From: Prosthecobacter sp.
Lineage (GTDB): Bacteria > Verrucomicrobiota > Verrucomicrobiia > Verrucomicrobiales > Verrucomicrobiaceae
Strand: one strand, 5' to 3'
Length of the DNA: 64,000 nucleotides
Assembly: GCA_044378005.1 (NCBI GenBank)
Contig: JBILYB010000011.1
The stretch's first letter is position 1. Each line of letters starts with the position of its first letter. The translations under genes were made by a program, and so were the position numbers. The notes beneath the pieces were generated by a model. That model ran no database searches. It was not told where the DNA came from and was given only the letters and a program-made list of their open reading frames with translations. Below are positions 36,968-46,596 of this stretch, piece after piece.

Positions 36968-37507
36968 CTAGCGGCTCAGCTTATTGTACTTCTCGACGAG
37001 TTCGTTGAACTCAGTGGTGCGGGCGTTGAGCTTGGTGATGGCTTCATCGCGCTCTTTGGCGAGTTGCTTGAGCTGTGCGTTGGCTTTCTCGATGGCTGTG
37101 TTTTGCTCGGAGACGGTTTCGTTGTGCTTCTTCAGCGCATCGCTGCCCTGGTCGGCGAGCTTTTGATAAGCGGCAAGCTCGCTGGTGGAGCGGATCGTTT
37201 CATTCATGAGGATGGCGATGCTGAAGCCGCGCGCAGTCTGGTCGAGCGTGCGGTCGCGGAGTTCCTCGGTGGTGGTGAGCAGCTTCGCCTCGATCTCACT
37301 GCGCAGGCCGTTGAGGCGCTCGATCTCGATCTCATATTCAGCCACTTTTTGTTCGGCCTGGACGCGCAGCTTGTTCTCAGCTTCGAGATCGTGGACGAGT
37401 CCCACGATGCGTGCGCGGAGCCTGGCCTCACGCTGCCATTGCAGCACGCAGATGCCGCAGAGGCTGAGGGCCACGAGGGCGAGCAGGATCTGGAGGAGGT
37501 GCTTCAT
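36968..37507 (-). CDS. Hypothetical membrane-anchored coiled-coil protein
   Basis: N-terminal TM helix followed by heptad-rich E/K/L/A sequence. The start overlaps the exbD stop. Confidence 0.8.
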   Translation of the reverse strand: MKHLLQILLALVALSLCGICVLQWQREARLRARIVGLVHDLEAENKLRVQAEQKVAEYEIEIERLNGLRSEIEAKLLTTTEELRDRTLDQTARGFSIAILMNETIRSTSELAAYQKLADQGSDALKKHNETVSEQNTAIEKANAQLKQLAKERDEAITKLNARTTEFNELVEKYNKLSR

Positions 37508-37941
37508 CACTTGGCGGTAGCTGGGACCGTGGTGGCGGCGGCTTTGACCTGGAAGGCCACCTGGGTGAAGCCAACACGACGAGCGATGTCGAGCGCGCGG
37601 AGCATGTGACCGGACGGAGCCTCCACATCGGCACTGATATACACAGGCGTTTTCGGGTCTGCGCCATATCGCTCGGCGAGCTTGCGCTCGAGTTCGGGGA
37701 GTGTGGCGCGCTCTTTGTCGTAGTAGATGTCTCCCGCTTTGTTGACGGCGAGGTTGATCATGTCGGGTTTGAAGTCGGACTGCGCGGCAGCGGCGACGGG
37801 TAGATTGACCTTCAGTGTCTGCTGCTTCGTCATGGTGAGGCTCACCATCATGAAGGACGCGAGCAGGAAGAACATCACGTCGATCAACGGGATGATCTCC
37901 AGACGGGTCTTTTTGTGCGGGATGGGGGAGTGGAGCTTCAC
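37507..37941 (-). CDS. exbD: Biopolymer transporter ExbD
   Basis: 'EIIPLIDVMFFLL' and 'VYISAD'. Confidence 0.93.
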   Translation of the reverse strand: MKLHSPIPHKKTRLEIIPLIDVMFFLLASFMMVSLTMTKQQTLKVNLPVAAAAQSDFKPDMINLAVNKAGDIYYDKERATLPELERKLAERYGADPKTPVYISADVEAPSGHMLRALDIARRVGFTQVAFQVKAAATTVPATAK

Positions 37942-37961
37942 GCGTGGTTCTCAGTTCCCGG

Positions 37962-38609
37962 TTACTTCTTTTCCAAACCGTGGCGGCCGGCCAGGATGAG
38001 GACGTTGTTCGCGGCGGCTTCGAGTTCGAACTGGAGCTTGGCGAGACGGCCGTGGAAGTAGTTCATCGGGATCAGCGTGGTGATGGCGATGCCGAGACCC
38101 GCTGCGGTGGCGATGAGGGCCTCGCCGATGCCTCCGGTGACTTTTTCCACCGCGAGTTCGGAGCTGCCGATGGAGGTAAAGGATCCCATGATGCCTGTGA
38201 CGGTGCCGAGCAGGCCGAGCAGTGGCCCGAGCGTGACGATGGTGTCCATGGCACCGAGGAACCGGCCGGCGGCCTGAAGCTCATGCCCGGCGGCGACTTC
38301 GAGAGCGCCCTGCATGGAGGAGTGGTGGTGATTCAGCCCGTGATGGATCATGCGCACGACGGGGTCGGTGCTGTCTTTGGAAAGGCTGACTGCGCGGGGC
38401 AAGTCTCCCTCATCCAGGGCGGTATAGACTTCTTCGATGACCTTTGGCTTGCGGCCCACTCGGAGGCGCAGCCACCAGAAGATGCGCTCGACGACGACGC
38501 AGACCGCCACCACGGCCACCACCAGGATGGGATACATGATGGGGCCGCCTTTAATGATGAACTCGACGACGATGTTGGCGAGAGGGAACTGCGGGGGGGA
38601 GACAAACAT
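37962..38609 (-). CDS. exbB: MotA/TolQ/ExbB proton channel protein
   Basis: 'PLLGLLGTVTGIM' and 'GIGEALIATAAGL'. Confidence 0.93.
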   Translation of the reverse strand: MFVSPPQFPLANIVVEFIIKGGPIMYPILVVAVVAVCVVVERIFWWLRLRVGRKPKVIEEVYTALDEGDLPRAVSLSKDSTDPVVRMIHHGLNHHHSSMQGALEVAAGHELQAAGRFLGAMDTIVTLGPLLGLLGTVTGIMGSFTSIGSSELAVEKVTGGIGEALIATAAGLGIAITTLIPMNYFHGRLAKLQFELEAAANNVLILAGRHGLEKK

Positions 38610-38621
38610 GGGGCGGTGACT

Positions 38622-39473
38622 TTAACGTAGAACAAAGGACAGCGGGGCCGTGAAGGTGCGCACAGTTCCAGGAGGTGCCTTGCCATTGCGGCGCACCCAG
38701 GAGGCGGCGTATTGGTCGAGCGTGGAGTTTCCACTCGTGCCGATGATGGAGACGCTGGTGGCACGCCCGGAAGCACCGACGGTGACTTGCAGACGGACGG
38801 TGCCCTGGATGCCGAGCGACCTCAGTGAGCTGGGATAAGTCGGCTTCGGAATGACAAAGGTCCCCTGCCCCGTGCTGCCCGCACCGGCTCCGCCGCTGCC
38901 GACTCCACTCCCCTGGCCGGTGCCGGTGGTGCTGCGGGCCATGGGGCGGCTTGGGGTGGCTTTGGGGGTCGAACGGGTGACAGGCTTTGGCGGCGCGGGG
39001 TCCACAGCGCGGAGCATCTCTTCCACCTTCGGGGCGGTGGGGACGACGAAAAGGTCCTCTGTCACGAGCGCTTCGGCGAGCTCGGGGAGATCGAGCGCAT
39101 CGGGCACCGCCTCCACCGGCGGGGGCACTTCCAGTACCTCGGGCGGCGTTTCCTGGATGACTTCAGCAGCCTCGGGCTCGGCGGCGAGGTCAGCCATGAG
39201 CATCGCCTCACCTCCAGCGGCAGCGAGTTCGTCCAGCTTGGGCTGATACGAGGTCAGTTTAGGCATCGGTCCCAAGTCGGCGGAGACTCCAGCAATGCCG
39301 ACGGCAAGGAAGCTGGCGGTGATGGCCAAGATCCAAGCCCACTTAGCCCAAGGCTCCGAGCCAGTGAGCGGGAGAATGGAAGACGCCCGGCCTGTCGGCT
39401 CCGACTTGGCAGTCCACGCCATGGCCGCTGGCAGAGCCAGATCAGGCGAGCGGCGGAGGGCTGAGGAGGTCAT
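38622..39473 (-). CDS. tonB: Energy transducer TonB
   Basis: TM anchor, Pro-rich linker, and C-terminal 'PTYP...GIQGTVRLQVTVGASG...SGNSTLDQYA'. Confidence 0.85.
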   Translation of the reverse strand: MTSSALRRSPDLALPAAMAWTAKSEPTGRASSILPLTGSEPWAKWAWILAITASFLAVGIAGVSADLGPMPKLTSYQPKLDELAAAGGEAMLMADLAAEPEAAEVIQETPPEVLEVPPPVEAVPDALDLPELAEALVTEDLFVVPTAPKVEEMLRAVDPAPPKPVTRSTPKATPSRPMARSTTGTGQGSGVGSGGAGAGSTGQGTFVIPKPTYPSSLRSLGIQGTVRLQVTVGASGRATSVSIIGTSGNSTLDQYAASWVRRNGKAPPGTVRTFTAPLSFVLR

Positions 39474-39599
39474 TATAGCGGGGAGGATGGGAGGATGGCG
39501 GGAAAAACCGAGAGGTCAAAGCCTATTGAGACACTATCGCATGAAAGTCTCCTAGCTGCCTTAGCTTTGGCGATTTGGCCCCCAATCCTACGACTCCAC

Positions 39600-40286
39600 T
39601 CAGCGGATCGGCACCCCGATGACGCTTCCGTGGATCACCAGGACCGGATTATGCAAAAAGTCGATGTCATCAAAGTGCCACCACTCCGCTGGCAGCGGCA
39701 TCAGGCCCGCCGAGCGCATGGCACGGTGCAGCAGGGCCAGATTCCGCCGCACGACGGGGTCCGCCGGCGTCTGGCTGCTCGCCGCATGGGCCAGGTTTTC
39801 ATCAAAGTAGGTCGGCATCGGCTGCTCCCGACCCTCCGCGTCCACCAGCGTCGCATCCAGCGAAACCCCGCCGCAGTGGCGCGACCAGCCGACCTTGGGA
39901 TTGAGGAACATCCCCGTCTTCCCGCCATGGGCATGGAGCTTCCCCTGCGCCTCCGCCGGACGCCAGGCATCCCAGATCTTCAAACCGTAGCCCTGAGCCC
40001 GCAGCGCGGCCTGCGCCCTCTTCAGCCGCTCCACCGTCGGACGCAGCAGCAGGCAGGGCATCCGGCTGGGGTAGAGAGGCTGACCCGTCACGTTCTGCCC
40101 CGTCGTGTAGCGCAGATCCACCACGATGCCGGGCACCTCCTTCCGCACATCCAGCATCCCGACCTTCCTGGCCAGCTCCACCGTATGCTTGGGGTGAAAC
40201 GCCCCCTGCTGCCCGGCGCAACCGGCTAGCAGCAGTGGCAAAACATAGGTCGCTGCAATCTTCCTTCCGGCGTGGCTGAATAACAT
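39600..40286 (-). CDS. D-alanyl-D-alanine dipeptidase (M15D, VanX/DdpX-like)
   Basis: DLRYTT, IWDAWRP, SRHCGGVSLD (SxHxxGxxxD) and EWWHF. Confidence 0.9.
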   Translation of the reverse strand: MLFSHAGRKIAATYVLPLLLAGCAGQQGAFHPKHTVELARKVGMLDVRKEVPGIVVDLRYTTGQNVTGQPLYPSRMPCLLLRPTVERLKRAQAALRAQGYGLKIWDAWRPAEAQGKLHAHGGKTGMFLNPKVGWSRHCGGVSLDATLVDAEGREQPMPTYFDENLAHAASSQTPADPVVRRNLALLHRAMRSAGLMPLPAEWWHFDDIDFLHNPVLVIHGSVIGVPIR

Positions 40287-40362
40287 AGAGCCTTTTTTTG
40301 CTTCCGTTGAGCGGCATGGCAAGGCAAGTTTCCGGCCACTTCATCCTTTCCACGCCGTCCGC

Positions 40363-41517
40363 ATGACCAAGTACGACCTCCTCAACGCCCTGCTCCACTT
40401 CCTGTTCTTCTTCATGGGCACCGGCATCGGCTCCTTTTTAAATGTGGTCATCTACCGCCTGCCTCTCGGCATCTCGGTGAACAATCCCCGCCGCTCCTAC
40501 TGCCCGAAATGTAAAAATCAGATCCCCATGTGGCTGAACATCCCCCTGGTGAGCTGGATCATGCTTCGTGGCAAATGCGCCAAGTGCGGCTGCTCCATCT
40601 CCCCGCGTTATCTCGGCGTCGAGCTCCTCACCGGCCTGCTCTTTTACGCCATCTTCTGGAGAGTCGGCGGCGACTGGACCCTCATCAAAGAGTGGGGGCC
40701 CGCCATGCTCGCCCTCTGGGTTTTCACCGCCCTCCTCGTCGCTGGCAGTTTCATCGACATCGAGCACTACATCCTCCCCCATGAGATCACCATGGGCGGA
40801 GCCATCGCCGGACTCATCAGCGCCACGCTCGTGCCCTCCCTCGTCGGCGAGGAATTGCATCTTCGTGGCTTCCTCCTCTCCCTCGCCAGTGGTGCCCTCG
40901 GCCTCGGCGGGCTCTGGCTCGTCGTCGAGCTCGGCAAGCTCGCCTTTGGCCGCAAACGCCTCCGCTTTGAAAAGCCCGCCCCCTGGAGCGTCACCCAGCC
41001 AAACGACGAAGAGCCCCCCATCGTCACCCTCGACGGCGAGCAGACCGGCTGGGCTGACATCTACTCCCGCGCCAGCGACCGCATGATCATCACCTCCCCT
41101 GCCCTCAGCGTGAACGAACTCAGCTTCGAAAACGTCACCGCCGAACTCTGGATGGAGAAACTCAAAGTCCGCAGCGCCGATGGCAGCCTCCAGGAGTTCG
41201 CCCTCGAAGGCGTCACCCACCTCCAGGGCACCACCACCAGCGTCGTCATCCCGCGCGAGGCCATGGGCTTCGGCGATGTCCTCCTGCTCATGATGATCGG
41301 CACCTTCACCGGCTGGAAGTGCGTCCTCTTCACCGTCCTTGCCGCCTCCCTCCTCGGCACCCTCATCGCCGGCATCTCCCGCCTCTTTGGCCGCAGCGAG
41401 TGGGGGCAAAAGATCCCCTTCGGCCCCTACCTCGCCGCCGGGGCCCTCATCTGGGTCTTCTTCGGGACCGAAATCCTCGACTGGTACCTCGGCCTCCTCG
41501 CCCCGCGCGGCCTCTGA
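40363..41517 (+). CDS. pilD: Prepilin peptidase (A24)
   Basis: GSFLNVVIYRLP, CPKC/CAKC, FIDIEH and MGFGDV. Confidence 0.92.
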   Translation: MTKYDLLNALLHFLFFFMGTGIGSFLNVVIYRLPLGISVNNPRRSYCPKCKNQIPMWLNIPLVSWIMLRGKCAKCGCSISPRYLGVELLTGLLFYAIFWRVGGDWTLIKEWGPAMLALWVFTALLVAGSFIDIEHYILPHEITMGGAIAGLISATLVPSLVGEELHLRGFLLSLASGALGLGGLWLVVELGKLAFGRKRLRFEKPAPWSVTQPNDEEPPIVTLDGEQTGWADIYSRASDRMIITSPALSVNELSFENVTAELWMEKLKVRSADGSLQEFALEGVTHLQGTTTSVVIPREAMGFGDVLLLMMIGTFTGWKCVLFTVLAASLLGTLIAGISRLFGRSEWGQKIPFGPYLAAGALIWVFFGTEILDWYLGLLAPRGL

Positions 41518-41589
41518 TCAGGGCCCCCGGATTTCCCCTTGCCGCACCCGCCAGCCGTGCCACTATCGCGGCCCTTTTCCTCCCCCACC

Positions 41590-42816
41590 ATGGCCCTCAT
41601 CGTCCAGAAATATGGCGGCACCTCCGTCGGCAACCCAGAGCGCATCCGCAACTGCGCCCGCCGCATCTTGGAAACCCAGCGCGCTGGGAACCAAGTCGTC
41701 GCCGTCGTCTCCGCCATGTCCGGCGTGACCGACAACCTCATCCGCCTCGCCAAAGAAGTCTCCCCCGAGCGCGACCCCGTCGAGCGTGAGATGGACGTCC
41801 TCCTCGCCACCGGCGAGCAGACCACCATCGCCCTCACCGCCATGGCCATCAACGCCCTCGGCGGCAAGGCCGTCTCCCTCACCGGAGCCCAGGCAGGCAT
41901 CTCCACCGACCGCGTCCACACCAAGGCGCGCATCGTGAATATCACCCCCGATGCCGTGAAGCAGATGCTCGACGAAGGCAACATCGTCATGCTCGCCGGC
42001 TTCCAGGGCGAGACCGCCAGCGGTGAAATCACCACCCTCGGCCGCGGCGGCAGCGACCTCACCGCCATCGCCATGGCCGCCGCCATCAAGGCCGACCTCT
42101 GCCAGATCTTCACCGACGTCGATGGAGTCTATACCTGCGACCCCCGCGTCGTGAAGGTCGCCACCAAGATCGAAGACCTCAGCTACGACGAAATGCTCGA
42201 GATGGCCTCCAGCGGCAGCAAGGTCATGCAGAGCCGCAGCGTCGAGTTTGCCAAAAAATTCGGCGTCCGTTTCGAAGTCCGCAACAGCATGAACAACAAC
42301 CCCGGCACCATCGTGAAAGAAGAAACCCCCGGCATGGAATCCGTCGTCGTCCGCGGCGTCAGCCTCGAGCGCAATCAAGCCAAAGTCACCATCGACGACG
42401 TGCCCGACCGCCCCGGCATCTCCTCCGCCATTTTCGGTGCCATCGCCGGAGCCAACATCATGGTCGATATGATCGTCCAGAACGTGAGCTTCGATGGCGA
42501 AACCGACATCTCCTTTACCCTCAGCGGAGCCGACCTCCCGAAAGCCGAGGCCGCCCTCAAGGCCATCCTCCCCACCCTCGGCGATAAAGTCACCCTCCGC
42601 ACCGAGTCCGGCATCGCCAAGCTCAGCGTCGTCGGCATCGGCATGAGAAGCCACAGCGGCGTCGCCGCCAAGATGTTCAAAGCCCTGGCCGATGTCAGCG
42701 TGAACATCCTCATGATCTCCACCAGCGAGATCAAGACCGCCGTCATCGTCAACGAAGCCGACATCGAGACCGCCGCCCGCGCCGTCCACACCGCCTTCGG
42801 CCTCGACGCCTCGTAA
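41590..42816 (+). CDS. lysC: Aspartate kinase
   Basis: VQKYGGTSV, LGRGGSD, TDVDGVYTCDPR and two ACT domains. Confidence 0.96.
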   Translation: MALIVQKYGGTSVGNPERIRNCARRILETQRAGNQVVAVVSAMSGVTDNLIRLAKEVSPERDPVEREMDVLLATGEQTTIALTAMAINALGGKAVSLTGAQAGISTDRVHTKARIVNITPDAVKQMLDEGNIVMLAGFQGETASGEITTLGRGGSDLTAIAMAAAIKADLCQIFTDVDGVYTCDPRVVKVATKIEDLSYDEMLEMASSGSKVMQSRSVEFAKKFGVRFEVRNSMNNNPGTIVKEETPGMESVVVRGVSLERNQAKVTIDDVPDRPGISSAIFGAIAGANIMVDMIVQNVSFDGETDISFTLSGADLPKAEAALKAILPTLGDKVTLRTESGIAKLSVVGIGMRSHSGVAAKMFKALADVSVNILMISTSEIKTAVIVNEADIETAARAVHTAFGLDAS

Positions 42817-42838
42817 GCGACGCCACCCGCCCATTTTG

Positions 42839-42878
42839 AAGCCTCCAAGCTGCTCGTCGGCTTGGAGGCTTTTTCTTT
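42839..42878 (+). terminator. Rho-independent terminator after lysC
   Basis: Stem AAGCCTCCAAGC (42839-42850), 9-nt loop, GCTTGGAGGCTT (42860-42871), followed by a T-rich tract. Confidence 0.85.
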
Positions 42879-43111
42879 CCTCACAGATGGCTCGGGTCAG
42901 CAAGCCCGCCAGTATTTCTCACCCTCCAGAAAAAAAGCGCGTCACCCTGTTTTGTGGCTCAGCTCTTCATTGCCATGATGATTCGACAACCTCGCGGGTG
43001 AAATCTGGAAAGCTGAAACACATCTGCGTGTCTGTCGCCATTTTAGCTTTACGAACTGGCACCCTGGCTCGCCGAGTCCAAGTTGGGCACAACTCGCTCA
43101 GCCTCACCATC

Positions 43112-44881
43112 ATGATCCGTTTACTCCTCCTCAGAGCTTTCGTCTTCGCTCCCACACTCGCCTGCATGGCAGAGCACTGGCCGCTCAATGCAGTGGATTC
43201 TCAGATCGCTGTCCTCGGCAAGGCGAAGGTGGCGAGTGGTGCTCGTGACACATCGCTCGTGCTTGATGGCGTGTCGTTGCTCGAACTGAAGGAGACGGCG
43301 GCGCTGAATGGCGAGAGCGGGTTCACTTTCTCCGTGTGGTTCAATCCGTATGCGGTGAATGAAGGACAGCAGGTGATCGCGGGGAAGAATCGTTACTCGC
43401 TGAATGAGAGGCAATGGTCGCTCACGGTGGAGCCGGATGGTAGGCTGAAGGCTTATGTGCAGCAGGGCGGTTGGGCCACTGTCACAAGCAAGGAGGTGCT
43501 GAAGCAGGGTCATTGGCATCTGGCGACGCTGACCGTCGGCGCGGGCACTGCGGCGCTGTTTCTCAATGGTCAAAGCCAGGGCGAGGTGAAGCTGAAGAAG
43601 CCGATACCGGCCACACAGGCACCGATCACATTGGGCGGCATTCATGACGCTGGACGACGCACGCAGACCTTCAGCGGGGCGGTGGATGAGGCGCGATACG
43701 TTGCTCAAGTGATGAGCGCAGCGGACATCGCGGCGACGTTTCAGCCGGTGCCGGCCACGCATGAAATCCCGAAGGTCATCGTGGCTGACACGCCGCTGTG
43801 GGATGCCAAAGTGAAGCTGCCGAAAGCCGCTGAACTGCCCGTGCTCGATGGCGTGGAGTTTCACGTCATCAAAGCGAACGAGCCTGAGAAAGACGGCTAC
43901 ATCTGGCTGCATGGCGTGGGCCTTGGCTGGCATAAAGGCAAGCTCTACGCGTCCTTTGGTCACAACCAAGGCGAGGAGAACACACCGGGCGAGCAAGCAC
44001 GCGGTCGCGTGAGCAGCGATGGGGGCAAGACGTGGGGCGAGACCTTCACCATCGGTGCTGGCGACTCGACGGAGCACGCGGTGAGTCACGGCGTGTTCCT
44101 CTCGCATGGCGGCGAGCTGTGGGCCTTTCATGGCAGCTTTTACGGCCACAGTTTGACCGACATCACAAAGTCCAAAGTCCACACGCGTACTTATCGGCTC
44201 AATGAAACCACGAACGTCTGGGAACCGAAAGGCACCGTCATCGAAGGCGGCTTCTGGGCGCTGAATCAGCCGGTGAAGATGGCCGATGGAAACTGGATCA
44301 TGCCCGGCATCAGCGTCGGCAACGGACACTGCGCCGCCGTGGCGATCAGTCGTGGCGATGACTTCCTGAAGTGGGACCTCGTGGTGATCCCCGCCGTCGA
44401 GGGACTCACGATGTGGGGCGAATCAAGCATCATTGTCGATGGCCCAAAGGTGACGAACATCGCCCGCTTGGGAGCCAAGGCACAGGCGCTCATCGCCGTG
44501 AGCAAAGACTACGGCCGCACCTGGATTGCCTACGCGCCGAGCAATCTGCCCATGGCCACCTCCAAGCCAGCCGCTGGCATGCTCAGCACCGGCCAGCGTT
44601 ACCTCATCTGCACCACCACTGCTGACAGCGGCGGACGCCGCACGCCTCTCACCATCGCCATCAGCAAGCCGGGCGAGTCCGTGTTCAGTAAAGTCTTCAT
44701 CATCCGCCCTTCCATCTTCCCCCAAGGCCCCGGCGATGTCGCCGACAAAGCCCCACTCTCCTATCCCTATGCCATCGAGCACGAAGGCAAACTCTACGTC
44801 GGCTACTCCAACGGCGGTGGTCGCCGTGGCAATCACAACAGCGCGGAGTTGGCGGTGATCCCAATTGAGAAGCTAAAGTAG
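43112..44881 (+). CDS. Secreted LamG-like plus BNR/sialidase-like propeller protein
   Basis: Signal peptide, LamG motifs (FTFSVWF, WHLATLT, FSGAVDEARY) and Asp boxes (SSDGGKTW, SKDYGRTW). Confidence 0.85.
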   Translation: MIRLLLLRAFVFAPTLACMAEHWPLNAVDSQIAVLGKAKVASGARDTSLVLDGVSLLELKETAALNGESGFTFSVWFNPYAVNEGQQVIAGKNRYSLNERQWSLTVEPDGRLKAYVQQGGWATVTSKEVLKQGHWHLATLTVGAGTAALFLNGQSQGEVKLKKPIPATQAPITLGGIHDAGRRTQTFSGAVDEARYVAQVMSAADIAATFQPVPATHEIPKVIVADTPLWDAKVKLPKAAELPVLDGVEFHVIKANEPEKDGYIWLHGVGLGWHKGKLYASFGHNQGEENTPGEQARGRVSSDGGKTWGETFTIGAGDSTEHAVSHGVFLSHGGELWAFHGSFYGHSLTDITKSKVHTRTYRLNETTNVWEPKGTVIEGGFWALNQPVKMADGNWIMPGISVGNGHCAAVAISRGDDFLKWDLVVIPAVEGLTMWGESSIIVDGPKVTNIARLGAKAQALIAVSKDYGRTWIAYAPSNLPMATSKPAAGMLSTGQRYLICTTTADSGGRRTPLTIAISKPGESVFSKVFIIRPSIFPQGPGDVADKAPLSYPYAIEHEGKLYVGYSNGGGRRGNHNSAELAVIPIEKLK

Positions 44882-44883
44882 GT

Positions 44884-45375
44884 TTGGGTATTCGCCCCTT
44901 TTCATGTCGCTCAGGGGAAGTCGTGACTCAGCTTTTTAGGGCCGTACGGCCAAGCAAACAAAACTTGGCATCCTTCCCTTTTGAAGCGCTGACACATTTT
45001 CAGACAGCTCCGTTTTTTAAATTCTTCTACAGCAACAGCATGGGAATGATCCGTCGCAGCCTTTGGGAGCGCCACGCCTTCGATGGAACACTCGACACCT
45101 CCGAAGATTACGCCTGGGCCATTCAGCAACTCGACCTCGGTCACATCTGCCGCTGTCTCTCCCTGCCCTTTCGCTACAGCCGAAGCGGCCACAATCGCGA
45201 TTATGAGTTTGCACGGACCGTTTTCCACCTTGCTCGAAAACATCGCCTAAAAGTCACCTGGCTAGGCCTCCGTGCGACTTTCAAAGCATGGTTCAAAACC
45301 CTCTTCCAGCAAGATTCCGTATCCGCCCTCCACCGCGCCCGCCTGCTCGCTTTTTGTCGGGTGCGTCTGACTTAG
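44884..45375 (+). pseudogene. 5'-truncated glycosyltransferase family 2-like fragment
   Basis: 'YSNSMGMIRRSLWERHAFD...SEDYAWA' resembles the C-terminal half of GT2 enzymes. There is no room upstream for the N-terminal nucleotide-binding half. Confidence 0.5.
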
Positions 45376-45725
45376 CTGAAAAAAGTATCCTCGTGCGAGT
45401 ACGGCGGGGCGCAGCAGCATAGAAAGCGCAGCGTCTGCGATGCCGTGATCTGGTGCCAAGCTCCAGGCGGGATGAGGATGGCATCGCCAGGGGTTACTTC
45501 GCGGATTTCTCCGTCGATTTCCATGGTGCCTTCGCCTTCGAGGATGAAGTAGAACTCCTCACTGAGCTTGTGGTAATGGCGCTCGGTGGGCTGGCCGACG
45601 GGGACAGTGGCTTCGGCGAGGGATTGATTTTGCACGGGGGCGTTCGTGCGGTCGAGGATGCTGCGGATGGTGCTGCCGTCCTTGGTGGTGAAGGGAATCT
45701 GTTTGGAAAGCGGGTTGATCGTCAT
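45372..45725 (-). CDS. Cupin domain protein
   Basis: 'HYHKLSEEFYFILEGEG' and 'IPPGAWHQI'. Confidence 0.92.
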   Translation of the reverse strand: MTINPLSKQIPFTTKDGSTIRSILDRTNAPVQNQSLAEATVPVGQPTERHYHKLSEEFYFILEGEGTMEIDGEIREVTPGDAILIPPGAWHQITASQTLRFLCCCAPPYSHEDTFFS

Positions 45726-45774
45726 GACGCTGTCTGCCAGCATCCGGCTCACTCTTCAAGAGACAACCCCAAGC

Positions 45775-46590
45775 ATGAATTTCGACACTCACGACTGCAC
45801 CGCCATCATCACGGGCGCTTCTTCCGGCCTTGGTGCGGAGTTCGCACGACAGCTTGCGCCTACGGCGCGTTGCCTGGTGCTCGTGGCACGACGACTTGAG
45901 GCGCTGGAGTTGGTGAAAGCTGAGCTGCTTGTTTTGAAGCCGACGCTGGAGGTGCATCTCGTCGTGGCAGATCTCGGGAATGAAGCGGGGCGTGCGGTGC
46001 TGGTGGAGTGGGTGCGGCAGTCGGCAGTGAAGCCGGATTTGCTCATCAACAATGCGGGCCTCGGCGACTACGGCGCGCTCGAAGACGCCACGGCGGACAA
46101 GTTGCGGATGCAGATCGAGGTGAATGTGAGTGCCGTGGTGCTTTTGACGCACGCGCTGCTGCCGGTGCTGATCTCGAATGCACCTGCGGGCATCGTGAAT
46201 GTGAGCTCGCTGGCGAGCACCCTGCCGATGCCGGATCTCGCGGTGTATGCGGCCTCGAAGGCGTTTGTCACCAGCTTCAGCGAGGGCATCGCCATCGAGC
46301 TCGAGCCACGCGGCATCCAGGTGACTTATGTTTGCCCAGGGCCGACGCCGACGAACTTCAGCAAGACGGCGAAGCGCACGGATGGCACGGACACGAACCG
46401 CGATGGGCAGGGGCTGCTGCGCATCCCATCGAGCCAGGTCGTGGCGGAGACGCTGGTGGGGCTGCGTGCGGGGAGGACCTGCGTTTTCCCAGGGCTGGGC
46501 GTCTCCCTCGCCGGGCCGCTTTTCCGCCATCTGCCGCGTCGAGTGATGCGCTGGTTCTTGCGTCGCCGCCATGCCAGCGGCAAAGTCTGA
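45775..46590 (+). CDS. Short-chain dehydrogenase/reductase
   Basis: TGASSGLG, NNAGLG and YAASK. Confidence 0.93.
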   Translation: MNFDTHDCTAIITGASSGLGAEFARQLAPTARCLVLVARRLEALELVKAELLVLKPTLEVHLVVADLGNEAGRAVLVEWVRQSAVKPDLLINNAGLGDYGALEDATADKLRMQIEVNVSAVVLLTHALLPVLISNAPAGIVNVSSLASTLPMPDLAVYAASKAFVTSFSEGIAIELEPRGIQVTYVCPGPTPTNFSKTAKRTDGTDTNRDGQGLLRIPSSQVVAETLVGLRAGRTCVFPGLGVSLAGPLFRHLPRRVMRWFLRRRHASGKV

Positions 46591-46596
46591 CCATTC

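Noticed and set aside
42880-43110. Intergenic stretch after the lysC terminator examined for an ncRNA or gene remnant
   Set aside because: I found no convincing structure or recognisable peptide in any frame.
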